From Parvibaculales bacterium (GTDB taxonomy: Bacteria; Pseudomonadota; Alphaproteobacteria; RS24), in assembly GCA_049889915.1 (NCBI GenBank), contig JBMHCM010000063.1, forward strand, positions 7,911 through 71,910: a DNA stretch of 64,000 nt. Reading direction: 5' to 3'. This document shows, one piece after another, positions 22,874-31,897 of the stretch (the stretch's first letter is position 1; the number at the start of each line of letters is the position of its first letter). Made by a program: the position numbers and the translations under genes. The notes under the pieces were generated by a model. That model was not told the origin of the DNA, did no database searches, and saw nothing but the letters and a program-made list of their open reading frames with translations.

Positions 22874-23457
22874 GCCGGCAACCCGCCATATTGCCGCAAA
22901 GCCCCTAAAAGCGGCAGCAAGGGGAGGCCGAGAATGGCGAAATAATCGCCATCAATCTTGTCGAATAAATGCGCCCCCAGCCCCTCCAGCTGATAGGCCC
23001 CGACCGAGGCCAAAATTGCTTCACCGGCTTCTTCCAAATAGGCGTCAAGAAACGCATCGGAAAAATCGCGCATGGTTAGGGCCACGGATTGGCTGTGCGA
23101 CCAGATGGTCTCACCTTTGTGCTGCAGCACCACGCCGCCGACCAAATAATGGGTCTGGCCGCGGAAAATTTGCAGATTGCGCCGCGCTTCGGCCATATCG
23201 CGCGGCTTATCAAATAATCTATCGCCGCATTGCAGAATTTGGTCAGCACCAATGACCAAACCGTCCTCCTCGATTTGCGCCGCTTTCGCCTCCGCCAGCT
23301 TAATCGCCAAAGAGGCTGCATCGCCGTCATGGGCTTGTTTCAGCACATCCTCATCAACACCGGACGGCATGGCGGTAAACGGCAGACCGGCACCGGTGAG
23401 AATTTGCCCGCGAATTTTACTTTGTGAAGCGAGAATGAGCTTTTGCGTCAACTGCAT
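22870..23457 (-). CDS. maf: Maf family nucleoside triphosphate pyrophosphatase
   Basis: LILASQS..R, IGADQ, KP, SVGAYQLEG, ILGLPL. Confidence 0.93.
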   Translation of the reverse strand: MQLTQKLILASQSKIRGQILTGAGLPFTAMPSGVDEDVLKQAHDGDAASLAIKLAEAKAAQIEEDGLVIGADQILQCGDRLFDKPRDMAEARRNLQIFRGQTHYLVGGVVLQHKGETIWSHSQSVALTMRDFSDAFLDAYLEEAGEAILASVGAYQLEGLGAHLFDKIDGDYFAILGLPLLPLLGALRQYGGLPA

Positions 23458-23484
23458 AATAATCCTTTTGCCGCGTTGGCCTGT

Positions 23485-24312
23485 TTAAGGGCGGTGATTG
23501 CGGGTTTGTTCATGTTCGTGATGCAGGTTTAGTATGGCGCTGGCAATCTCTTCAACCGACCGTCTTGTCACATCAATCACCTGCCATTGCTGGCGGGCAA
23601 ACAAGCGGCGCGCTTCGGCAATTTCAGCGCGGATCAAATCCGGGTCAATATATTCGGTTTCGCTTTCTTCATTTAGCGTCAACAAACGATTGCGGCGAAT
23701 GGCGCGCAGCCGCTCGGGGCTGTTGATGAGGCCGACAATCAGCGGTTTACGCGCTTCCAATAATTCTTTCGGCGGATCTAATCCCGGCACCAAAGGCACA
23801 TTGGCGGCTTTATAGCCGCGATTGGCCAGATAAATACAGGTTGGCGTTTTGGAGGTGCGGCTGACACCGGTGAGAATAATATCTGCCTCATCCAAATCGC
23901 CCTGGCTTTGCCCGTCATCATGCTGAATGGTGTAATTCAATGCATTGATGCGGCGAAAATAATCCGTATCCATGGCGTGCTGGCTGCCCGGCTTGCCGCT
24001 GATCTCAACATTCAGATAAGGTGCCATTTGTTTGACAAACGGGTCGAGCACGGACAGGCACGGGACGGATAATTTATCGGCCACTTCATGCAGCGCGCTG
24101 CGCAGCCCCTCATCGAGGATGGAATACATAATGGGGCCGGGGTTTTCCTGCACTTCGCGCAATACCCGATCGAGCGCTTTTTTACCGCGCACCAGCCCAT
24201 AAATATGCTCGACCGCTTGCGCCTCGACAAATTGCGCGCAGACGGCGCGCGCCACCGCTTGAATGGTTTCGCCCGTGCTGTCGGAAATCAAATGCAGATG
24301 AAAATATTTCAC
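23485..24312 (-). CDS. ppsR: PPDK/PEP synthase regulatory kinase-pyrophosphorylase (DUF299, YdiA/PDRP)
   Basis: LISDSTGET, HDDG, GVSRTSKTPT, IDVTRRSVEE; GTG start at 24312; symbol in the E. coli sense, not the photosynthesis regulator. Confidence 0.93.
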   Translation of the reverse strand: MKYFHLHLISDSTGETIQAVARAVCAQFVEAQAVEHIYGLVRGKKALDRVLREVQENPGPIMYSILDEGLRSALHEVADKLSVPCLSVLDPFVKQMAPYLNVEISGKPGSQHAMDTDYFRRINALNYTIQHDDGQSQGDLDEADIILTGVSRTSKTPTCIYLANRGYKAANVPLVPGLDPPKELLEARKPLIVGLINSPERLRAIRRNRLLTLNEESETEYIDPDLIRAEIAEARRLFARQQWQVIDVTRRSVEEIASAILNLHHEHEQTRNHRP

Positions 24313-24319
24313 GCCCAAG

Positions 24320-24720
24320 CCTGTGAATAAGGTGAATAAGTAGGATAAGTCGGCATTTGCAGCAAGCCAAGGTTTTTTGTCCCCACCCCTCCCCAAACCG
24401 TCTGAGGGTTTGTCGGCATTTATTAACTCGACTCAAACAGATGTGCATTATGGGGATAAGCAAATGACGCAAGAGCAATCTGATTTATCCCCGTTATCAC
24501 CATAATTCATACACCTATAAAAGGGCGGTTTTTGTCATCAATCTGTGCTTGCTGGGGAGTTTTTCGGGACAACGAAAACTTATCCCCGTAATTGACAGCT
24601 TTTTATCCCCAGAACGGGAATGGGTATAAATCACCGGCAAACCGATAATCCACAGCAAAAGGCTGCGACAACAACCACAACATCCTTTTATTTATTAATA
24701 AGAAAAAAGGATTTAAGAAG
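24320..24720. other. Probable chromosomal replication origin (oriC)
   Basis: Intergenic between PDRP-maf-aroE-coaE-dnaQ and hemE, the conserved alphaproteobacterial position. About 10 DnaA-box-like 9-mers (24322, 24331, 24377, 24451, 24485, 24494, 24580, 24603, 24621, 24646), a trinucleotide run at 24668-24683 and an AT-rich tract at 24686-24720; parS and parAB lie 7-12 kb away. Confidence 0.85.
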
Positions 24721-24724
24721 AAGC

Positions 24725-25756
24725 ATGGCTGACACTAGCGACAAACTCCTGCTGCAAACCCTGAACGGACAAGCAAACGACATCCCGCCAATTTGGTTAA
24801 TGCGACAAGCCGGTCGCTATTTACCGGAATATCGTGCCACTCGCGCTGAAGCCGGGGGATTTCTCGATTTATGCTATACGCCGGCTCTGGCTGAAGAAGT
24901 CACACTGCAGCCCATTCGTCGTTATGGTTTTGACGCGTCCATTTTATTTGCTGATATTCTGCTCATTCCAGAAGCCATGGGGCAAAAATTATGGTTCGAG
25001 ACTGGCGAGGGCCCAAGGCTAACGCCGATCAGCAATGGTGACGGTTTAAATTTGGACACAGTTACCGCCCATTTAGCACCGGTTATCGAAACAGTCGGCC
25101 GATTAAGCCGCTCTTTGCCACCAGAGACCACGTTAATAGGCTTTGCCGGCGCGCCTTGGACGGTGGCCAGCTATATGGTGGCCGGTCGTGGAACCCCCGA
25201 CCAAGCCCCGGCCCGTGCTTTGGCGACCAGCGATCCGCAGGCCTTTCAGTCGATCATTGATAAATTAATTGCCGCCAGCATTGATTATTTGGCAGCGCAA
25301 GTAGAGGCCGGTGCCGAGGTGCTACAATTGTTTGAAAGCTGGGCCAGCTCTTTTCATGGGGCGGATTTTGAACGTTGGTGCGTGGCACCGGTGGCGGCCA
25401 TTGTGGCCGGCTTGCGGGCCCGTGGGGTAAAGGTGCCGATTATCGGTTTTCCGCGCGCTGCCAGCTATGATATGGCCGCTTATGCCCATGCGACACAAAT
25501 TCAAGCGCTGGGGTTGGATACCAGCGCCGACCGCAATGAAATGATGAAGACGGTTCCGCAGTCGATTGTTCTGCAAGGCAATTTGGACCCGATGGTCTTG
25601 GTCGAAGGCGGCGAAAAATTGCGCGCGGCGGTGCGGGCCATTAAACGCGATTTCGCCGGTCGGCCTTATATTTTCAATCTTGGCCATGGTATTGTGCCGC
25701 AAACGCCGCCAGAGCATGTGGCTGACTTGCTGCGCTATGTGCGTGAAGATGCTTAG
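24725..25756 (+). CDS. hemE: Uroporphyrinogen decarboxylase
   Basis: PIWLMRQAGRYLPEY, ILFADIL, IGFAGAPWT, QGNLDP, FNLGHG. Confidence 0.98.
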   Translation: MADTSDKLLLQTLNGQANDIPPIWLMRQAGRYLPEYRATRAEAGGFLDLCYTPALAEEVTLQPIRRYGFDASILFADILLIPEAMGQKLWFETGEGPRLTPISNGDGLNLDTVTAHLAPVIETVGRLSRSLPPETTLIGFAGAPWTVASYMVAGRGTPDQAPARALATSDPQAFQSIIDKLIAASIDYLAAQVEAGAEVLQLFESWASSFHGADFERWCVAPVAAIVAGLRARGVKVPIIGFPRAASYDMAAYAHATQIQALGLDTSADRNEMMKTVPQSIVLQGNLDPMVLVEGGEKLRAAVRAIKRDFAGRPYIFNLGHGIVPQTPPEHVADLLRYVREDA

Positions 25757-25767
25757 AGGATAGTTAG

Positions 25768-26217
25768 ATGCGAGATTTCCTGGCCGATATATATCCTTGG
25801 TTGCTGGCAGCGCACATTATTGTTGTGATGTTTTGGATGGCCGGCATGTATTACCTGCCGCGGCTGTTTGTCTACCATGCTGAGGCGATGGAAAAGGGCG
25901 AACCCCATGCGGTGTTCGAGACCATGGAAGCCAATTTGCTGCGCATTATTATGAAGCCGGGGATGATTGTGGCGTGGATTTTGGGGCTGTCTTTGATTGC
26001 CCGCGCAGGCTTTCTCGACGGCGCCGGAGGGTGGCTGCATGCCAAATTAAGTTTGGTGGTGATATTATCGGCTTATCATGGCTTTTTGGCCGCCGAGCGG
26101 AAAAAATTTCTTTTGGGTACAGCACCGCGCTCGTCACGTTTTTATCGGATGATTAATGAAATTCCGCCGATTTTGACCATATTCATTGTTATTTTGGTGG
26201 TGGTGCAGCCATTTTAG
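25768..26217 (+). CDS. hemJ: Protoporphyrinogen oxidase HemJ (CopD-like)
   Basis: HII....WMAGMYYLPRLFVYH, WLHAKL, RMINEIP. Confidence 0.93.
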   Translation: MRDFLADIYPWLLAAHIIVVMFWMAGMYYLPRLFVYHAEAMEKGEPHAVFETMEANLLRIIMKPGMIVAWILGLSLIARAGFLDGAGGWLHAKLSLVVILSAYHGFLAAERKKFLLGTAPRSSRFYRMINEIPPILTIFIVILVVVQPF

Positions 26218-26225
26218 CTTGTCGG

Positions 26226-26254
26226 TTGAAGCGGCGCGCCGTTTCGGCTATGAT
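26226..26254 (+). promoter_or_regulatory. Putative sigma70 promoter of rho
   Basis: TTGAAG-N17-TATGAT, giving a leader of about 120 nt. Confidence 0.55.
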
Positions 26255-26378
26255 ATAAGCCTTCCCGACAGCCGACGGGCACGATTGTGCAGCGGTTTAC
26301 ACAAAACCTCTTTTCATAATATGCCGCGGGTAAGGCCCGCCCCGTCAGACGGCTGATTTTCAGTAAAAGGCAGAGCCG

Positions 26379-27644
26379 ATGGACCAGATTAAATTGCAAG
26401 AACTGAAAAGCAAATCGCCGACCGATTTGCTGGCTTTTGCAGAAGCCCATGAAATTGAAAACGCCTCGGCCATGCTGAAGCAGGACATGTTGTTCGCGAT
26501 TTTGAAAAAACTAGCCGATGATGACATCACCATTATCGGGGAAGGTGTGGTTGAAGTGCTGCAAGACGGCTTTGGTTTCCTGCGGTCACCCGATGCCAAT
26601 TACCTGCCGGGGCCGGATGATATTTATGTCAGCCCCAGCCAAATTCGTCGCTTTGCTTTGCGTACCGGCGATACGGTGGAAGGCGAAATTCGCAGCCCGA
26701 AAGATGGCGAGCGGTATTTTGCGCTTTTGAAGGTCAATAAGATTAATTTTGAAGAGCCGGAAAAGGCCCGTCAAAAAGTCCATTTTGATAATTTGACACC
26801 GCTTTATCCAGACAGTGCTTTGGGCATGGAAGTCGATGACCCGACCCGCAAGGATTTATCATCGCGGATTATTGATATTGTCGCGCCTTTGGGGAAAGGC
26901 CAGCGCGCGTTGATTGTGGCGCCGCCGCGTACCGGTAAAACCGTCTTGATGCAAAATATCGCCAAATCCATTTCGGCCAATCATCCGGAATGTTATTTGA
27001 TCGTATTACTGATTGATGAGCGGCCAGAAGAGGTAACCGATATGCAGCGCTCCGTGCAGGGCGAGGTGGTGTCATCGACCTTTGACGAACCGGCTACCCG
27101 TCACGTGCAAGTGGCGGAGATGGTGATTGAGAAAGCCAAACGCTTGGTCGAGCACGGCCGCGATGTGGTTATTCTGCTCGACAGCATAACCCGTTTGGGA
27201 CGTGCCTATAACACGGTGGTGCCAAGCTCCGGTAAGGTGCTGACCGGTGGTGTTGATGCCAATGCATTGCAACGCCCGAAACGGTTTTTCGGCGCGGCGC
27301 GCAATATTGAAGAGGGTGGCTCACTGACCATTATTTCGACGGCGTTGATTGAAACCGGCTCGCGTATGGATGAAGTGATCTTTGAAGAATTTAAAGGCAC
27401 GGGTAACTCTGAGATCGTCTTGGATCGTAAGATTTCCGATAAGCGTGTCTTCCCGGCCATTGATATTATGAAGTCGGGTACGCGGAAAGAAGAGCTGCTG
27501 GTCGAAGCCGGGGATTTGGCAAAAATCTACGTGCTGCGGCGCATCCTCAATCCGATGGGTGCAGTCGATGCGGCTGAGTTCCTCATTGATAAGCTGAAAA
27601 ACACCAAGACCAATGGCGAGTTCTTCGACTCGATGAACACATAA
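26379..27644 (+). CDS. rho: Transcription termination factor Rho
   Basis: [47 protein letters not shown]. Confidence 0.99.
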   Translation: MDQIKLQELKSKSPTDLLAFAEAHEIENASAMLKQDMLFAILKKLADDDITIIGEGVVEVLQDGFGFLRSPDANYLPGPDDIYVSPSQIRRFALRTGDTVEGEIRSPKDGERYFALLKVNKINFEEPEKARQKVHFDNLTPLYPDSALGMEVDDPTRKDLSSRIIDIVAPLGKGQRALIVAPPRTGKTVLMQNIAKSISANHPECYLIVLLIDERPEEVTDMQRSVQGEVVSSTFDEPATRHVQVAEMVIEKAKRLVEHGRDVVILLDSITRLGRAYNTVVPSSGKVLTGGVDANALQRPKRFFGAARNIEEGGSLTIISTALIETGSRMDEVIFEEFKGTGNSEIVLDRKISDKRVFPAIDIMKSGTRKEELLVEAGDLAKIYVLRRILNPMGAVDAAEFLIDKLKNTKTNGEFFDSMNT

Positions 27645-27666
27645 ATTTTATTGGTCGGGTGTTTGG

Positions 27667-28356
27667 CTAGCCAAGCGCTTTTTTAAACAACTCCAATGTG
27701 CGTTGATGCGCCAATCTGGCGGCGTCAGCGTTATAATGCATGCCGCTATTGCGGGCAAAGCCATGGTCTTGCGCGGGGTAAACATGAACTTGCACAAGGT
27801 CATGGCCAGCTAAGCCATCGGCAATGACAGCCTGCGCGGCGGTCGGCACAAATTCATCCCTCTCAGCAATATGGATAAGGGTTGGCGCTGAAATATCAGC
27901 CGCCTCATCCAACATGTCTTGAATGCCGACACCGTAATAAGAACTATGCGCATCGCCACTGGTGCGGCACGCTGCCAGATAGACCATGCGGCCGCCGAGG
28001 CAAAAACCAATCGTGCCGACTTTGGCGCAGGCCAGCGCGCGTAAATAATCAATCGCCGCCTGGATGTCGTGGACACCGGTATTGGCGTCATAATTGGTCA
28101 TCAGGGCAAAGGCTTTTTGCAAGTCATCGGGGTCTTCAGCATTGAGGTCAATGTTGCGCTCTTGCGCCCAAAACAAATCCGGTGCCAGCGCCATATAGCC
28201 TTCACCGGCCAACCAATCGGCGGTGGCGCGAATATCGGCATTGACGCCGAAAATTTCTTGAATGACGACAACCCCGCCTTTGACGGTTCCGGTCGGCGTG
28301 GCCAAATAGCCGTCAAAACTGTTTGATGCGTTCTCAATGGTTACGGTGTTGTCCAT
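27667..28356 (-). CDS. Dienelactone hydrolase family protein
   Basis: QEIFGVN, APDLF, GFCLGG nucleophile motif, HGF. Confidence 0.92.
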   Translation of the reverse strand: MDNTVTIENASNSFDGYLATPTGTVKGGVVVIQEIFGVNADIRATADWLAGEGYMALAPDLFWAQERNIDLNAEDPDDLQKAFALMTNYDANTGVHDIQAAIDYLRALACAKVGTIGFCLGGRMVYLAACRTSGDAHSSYYGVGIQDMLDEAADISAPTLIHIAERDEFVPTAAQAVIADGLAGHDLVQVHVYPAQDHGFARNSGMHYNADAARLAHQRTLELFKKALG

Positions 28357-28375
28357 AGCGGCCTCCTATCGCTTT

Positions 28376-30415
28376 TTAAGAAGTTTGTCGCTGTCGCAGC
28401 AGCCCGTCAAGTTGCGCCGTTACTTCAGAGGCCTCGGTAATGGGCGGCAGACAGCTCTGGCCGGGACACAGATAAAGGGTCGGTTGGTCGTTTATCATGG
28501 TTTTTCCGGCTGCCGGATGGTCGGGCGGCAGGTCATCGCCGGCTTCGAGATGTAAGAATGTGCGGGCAAAAATCGGATGGTCGAGGGCCGCCTGTTTCAA
28601 AATATCGGCCTCGTTACCGTCACCGATGAGAATAATGCTCAACGGATAGGTGAGGTGTTGATGCGCGGCCAAAAGCGCGGTCATGGCCGGATAGGCGCTG
28701 GCCAAATGGCCGGATAGGGCCGTGAAGGCAGCCTCGGCTTGCGCATGATAGTGCGGCTTGCCTGTTAATGAGGCCAGCGTGGCCAGCAAGGAAATGGTCG
28801 CCGCATTGGCCGATGGCATGGCATTGTCCTGCACGGCGCGTTGATTGACCAGCAGCGTTTCATCGGCTTGGCGGCGGTTGGTCAGATAGCCGCCACGGGC
28901 AGTGTCGAGAAAATCATTATGCAGCGTCGCGGCATAAGCCTCGGCATCGGCAAGATAACCCGCCTTGCCTGTGGCTTGATAGAGCGCACACGCGGCTTGG
29001 CCGAAAAACGCTAAATCACCGGCCAAAGTCAAGGCTAATGTCTGGTCGTTTCTGGCGCTGTGGCACAAGTGCCCCGTCTCATCAGTAAGCGCTTGTTGGG
29101 CGGCGTGATAAGCTTTTTGCGCGGCGGCCAACCAATCTGCGCGGTCGAAAAGCTCTGCTGCTTCCGTTAGCGCGGCAATCGCCATACCGTTCCAATCGGC
29201 GAGAATTTTGTCATCACAGCCGGGCCGCGTGCGGTTGCGGCGGGCGGTATTAAGGCGGTCGCGCGTTTCTGCAAGCTCGGGCATTAGCCTGTCGTCCTGC
29301 GCCAACAGATTGGGAATGTTTTGGCCTTCAAAATTGCCGTCTGCGGTGATGTCATAGGCGGCGCAAAAGGCGCTTGCATCATCGCCGAGCAGGGCCTCTA
29401 TCTCGCTCTGCGACCAGACATAATATTTGCCTTCCTCGCCTTCCGTATCAGCATCCAGACTGGCGGCAAAGGCGCCTTGCGGCGTTTGCATCTCGCTCAA
29501 TAACCAGTCAATGGTCTCAGCGATGCGTGCTGCAAATAATCTGTGCTTGGTTGTGCGCCAAAGCAGGCAGAGAAGCTGTAACAGCAGCGCATTGTCATAG
29601 AGCATTTTCTCAAAATGCGGCACCAGCCAATCTTCATCGACGGCATAGCGGGCAAAGCCGCCGCCAATATGGTCGTAAATGCCGCCTTGGCAGATTTTGC
29701 TTGCGGTGGTGATGACGGCTTCTTGTATGGATTGGTCGCCGGTCAGTTGTGCTTGTTGCCAGAGAAATTGATAAAGAAACGGCTGCGGAAATTTCGGCGC
29801 ACCGGCCAGTCCGCCTTTTTCTTGATCAATATGTCCGGCCAGGCTGGTGGCGGCGCGGCTTGGTAAATCGGCCGGCATGGCGCCGCGGGCATCGGCTTGT
29901 GCCTTGGTGGTCAGGGATTGTGTCAGGACGGCCGTGTTTTTGGAGATTTTGTCGGGCGTCTCATGCCAGACCCGCGACAGCTCGGTGAGGATTTGCATAA
30001 AGCCCGGTCGTCCATATTGCGGGTTTTTTGGAAAATACGTGCCGCCCCAAAACGGCTTACCATCGCCATCCAGGGCCATGGTCAAAGGCCAGCCGCCTTG
30101 TTCGCCCATCATATGCAGGGCTTGCATATAAATATCATCAAGGTCGGGGCGCTCTTCGCGATCCAGTTTGATGCAGACAAAATGCGCATTCATCAGCGCC
30201 GCCACTTCGGCATCCTCAAAGCTTTCATGTGCCATGACATGGCACCAATGGCAGGCCGCATAACCGACCGATAGTAGCACCGGCACATTGCGCCTTTTGG
30301 CCTCGGCAAACACCGCCGCTTCCCATGGCTGCCAATGCACCGGATTGTCTTTGTGCTGCAGCAAATAGGGGCTGGTCGCGTGCTCTAATCTGTTTCGCTT
30401 GAACTGGTCTTGCAT
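28376..30415 (-). CDS. YyaL/SPATA20-like thioredoxin-domain protein (DUF255 plus six-hairpin glycosidase-like domain)
   Basis: NRL...SPYLLQHKDNPVHW, SVGYAACHWCHVMAHESFE, GGWPLT, VPHFEKMLYDNA. Confidence 0.93.
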   Translation of the reverse strand: MQDQFKRNRLEHATSPYLLQHKDNPVHWQPWEAAVFAEAKRRNVPVLLSVGYAACHWCHVMAHESFEDAEVAALMNAHFVCIKLDREERPDLDDIYMQALHMMGEQGGWPLTMALDGDGKPFWGGTYFPKNPQYGRPGFMQILTELSRVWHETPDKISKNTAVLTQSLTTKAQADARGAMPADLPSRAATSLAGHIDQEKGGLAGAPKFPQPFLYQFLWQQAQLTGDQSIQEAVITTASKICQGGIYDHIGGGFARYAVDEDWLVPHFEKMLYDNALLLQLLCLLWRTTKHRLFAARIAETIDWLLSEMQTPQGAFAASLDADTEGEEGKYYVWSQSEIEALLGDDASAFCAAYDITADGNFEGQNIPNLLAQDDRLMPELAETRDRLNTARRNRTRPGCDDKILADWNGMAIAALTEAAELFDRADWLAAAQKAYHAAQQALTDETGHLCHSARNDQTLALTLAGDLAFFGQAACALYQATGKAGYLADAEAYAATLHNDFLDTARGGYLTNRRQADETLLVNQRAVQDNAMPSANAATISLLATLASLTGKPHYHAQAEAAFTALSGHLASAYPAMTALLAAHQHLTYPLSIILIGDGNEADILKQAALDHPIFARTFLHLEAGDDLPPDHPAAGKTMINDQPTLYLCPGQSCLPPITEASEVTAQLDGLLRQRQTS

Positions 30416-30475
30416 CTCATGCAGTTTAGCGATGATTTGCTGGTCCGCCAGTGGGAAGCGTGCTTGGAGCTGTAG

Positions 30476-31795
30476 ATGGCACAACCGACCTTATTTGCTT
30501 TATCCACCGTTAGCGGGCGGGCTGCCTTGGCGGTTATTCGTCTGACCGGTGCGGCGTGCGATGCGGCCTTGACCGCTTTGGGTGTCACTAAATTGCCACC
30601 GCCGCGACAAGCCGCTCTGCGCAAGCTTACTGACCCGCATACCGGCGCGCTATTGGATGAAGCTTTGGTGTTGCGGTTTCAAGCGCCACACAGTTTCACC
30701 GGCGAGGATATGGTTGAACTGCATGTGCATGGCGGGGTGGCGGTGGCGCAATCTGTCTTGGTTGCTTTGGGGCGAATTGCCGGTGTTGAACCGGCCGAAG
30801 GTGGCGCCTTTACCCGCCGTGCCGTTTTGAACGGTAAAATGGATTTAACGGCGGCTGAAGCGATTGCCGATTTGATCGACGCAGAAGGTGGCGCGCAACA
30901 GGCGCAAGCGCTTAACCAGCTCAATGGGGCGTTGCGCGTTCAGCTGACAGATTGGCGCGATCGGCTAAAAACCATGCTGGCGCATATTGAGGCGGATATT
31001 GAATTTGCCGATGAGGACCTGCCCGGCGGTATAGGTCAAAAGGCTTTGGACGGCCTGCCGGAATTGCGTGATGAAATCGTTGCGCATGTTGAGGACCAAC
31101 GCGGCATTGCGTTGCGCGATGGCCTGCGCATTGCCCTTTTGGGTCCGCCAAACGCCGGAAAGTCAAGTATTCTCAATATGTTAGCAGGTCGCGAGGCGGC
31201 CATTGTATCGGCGCGCGCCGGCACCACGCGGGATATTATCGAAGTGGCCATGACAATGGGCGGCGTGCCGGTGACGCTGGTCGATACGGCCGGTCTGCGG
31301 GCCGCCGGCGATGAGATTGAACGCGAAGGGGTGCGGCGTGCCCAACGCGAAGCCGGGGAAGCCGATATTCGTATATTGGTCTGCGCGCCGGATGTTGCTC
31401 TTGCGGGGGCATCGGAAACCGCTTTTGCAGCTGAAAAATCTGACCTCACAATTTGTAACAAGGCAGATTTGGGGCCGATTGACGGAATGGAAGGCATTTC
31501 CTTGTCAACCGCAACCAAACAGGGCGAAGAGGCGCTGCTAGCCGCGTTACTGCGGATTATTGAGAAGCGCACCGGTGCGCAAGTGGCGCCGATTGTGACC
31601 CGCGAGCGGCATCGGGCGGTTTTGGCCGAGGCGCTCACACATCTTGACCGCGCCACACAGGCGGCCGAGCTGGGTCTGGAACTCGCAGCCGAGGATGTAC
31701 GCTTGGCGCAGCGGGTTTTGGGCCGCATTACTGGCGCGGTTGACATTGAACAATTGCTTGATGTGGTGTTTGCCGATTTTTGTATCGGCAAATAG
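30476..31795 (+). CDS. mnmE: tRNA modification GTPase MnmE
   Basis: SFTGED, GPPNAGKSS, GTTRD, DTAGLR, NKAD, C-terminal FCIGK. Confidence 0.98.
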   Translation: MAQPTLFALSTVSGRAALAVIRLTGAACDAALTALGVTKLPPPRQAALRKLTDPHTGALLDEALVLRFQAPHSFTGEDMVELHVHGGVAVAQSVLVALGRIAGVEPAEGGAFTRRAVLNGKMDLTAAEAIADLIDAEGGAQQAQALNQLNGALRVQLTDWRDRLKTMLAHIEADIEFADEDLPGGIGQKALDGLPELRDEIVAHVEDQRGIALRDGLRIALLGPPNAGKSSILNMLAGREAAIVSARAGTTRDIIEVAMTMGGVPVTLVDTAGLRAAGDEIEREGVRRAQREAGEADIRILVCAPDVALAGASETAFAAEKSDLTICNKADLGPIDGMEGISLSTATKQGEEALLAALLRIIEKRTGAQVAPIVTRERHRAVLAEALTHLDRATQAAELGLELAAEDVRLAQRVLGRITGAVDIEQLLDVVFADFCIGK

Positions 31796-31845
31796 GGTGC
31801 CGGTCGGGCCAAAACGCAGGCGCAGGCATTTGAAGGGTGACAGAA

Positions 31846-31861
31846 TGTTTCACGTGAAACA
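31846..31861. promoter_or_regulatory. parS centromere-like site
   Basis: Perfect palindrome TGTTTCACGTGAAACA between mnmE and mnmG. Confidence 0.95.
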
Positions 31862-31897
31862 CTTGCCTATTTGCAGGCGGGGCGGTAGATAGGCGCT

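Noticed and set aside
24620-24724. N-terminal extensions in the ORF track for hemE, amt (51026), DUF3422 (45407), coaA, coaE, dnaQ and yggS
   Set aside because: They run through oriC, promoters or neighbouring genes; downstream starts fit the family N-termini and RBS positions better.
25756-25768. Absence of hemH between hemE and hemJ
   Set aside because: hemE-hemJ-rho without hemH is a common alphaproteobacterial arrangement.
26255-26378. rho leader as a riboswitch or sRNA
   Set aside because: No recognisable conserved structure; a long leader is consistent with known Rho autoregulation.
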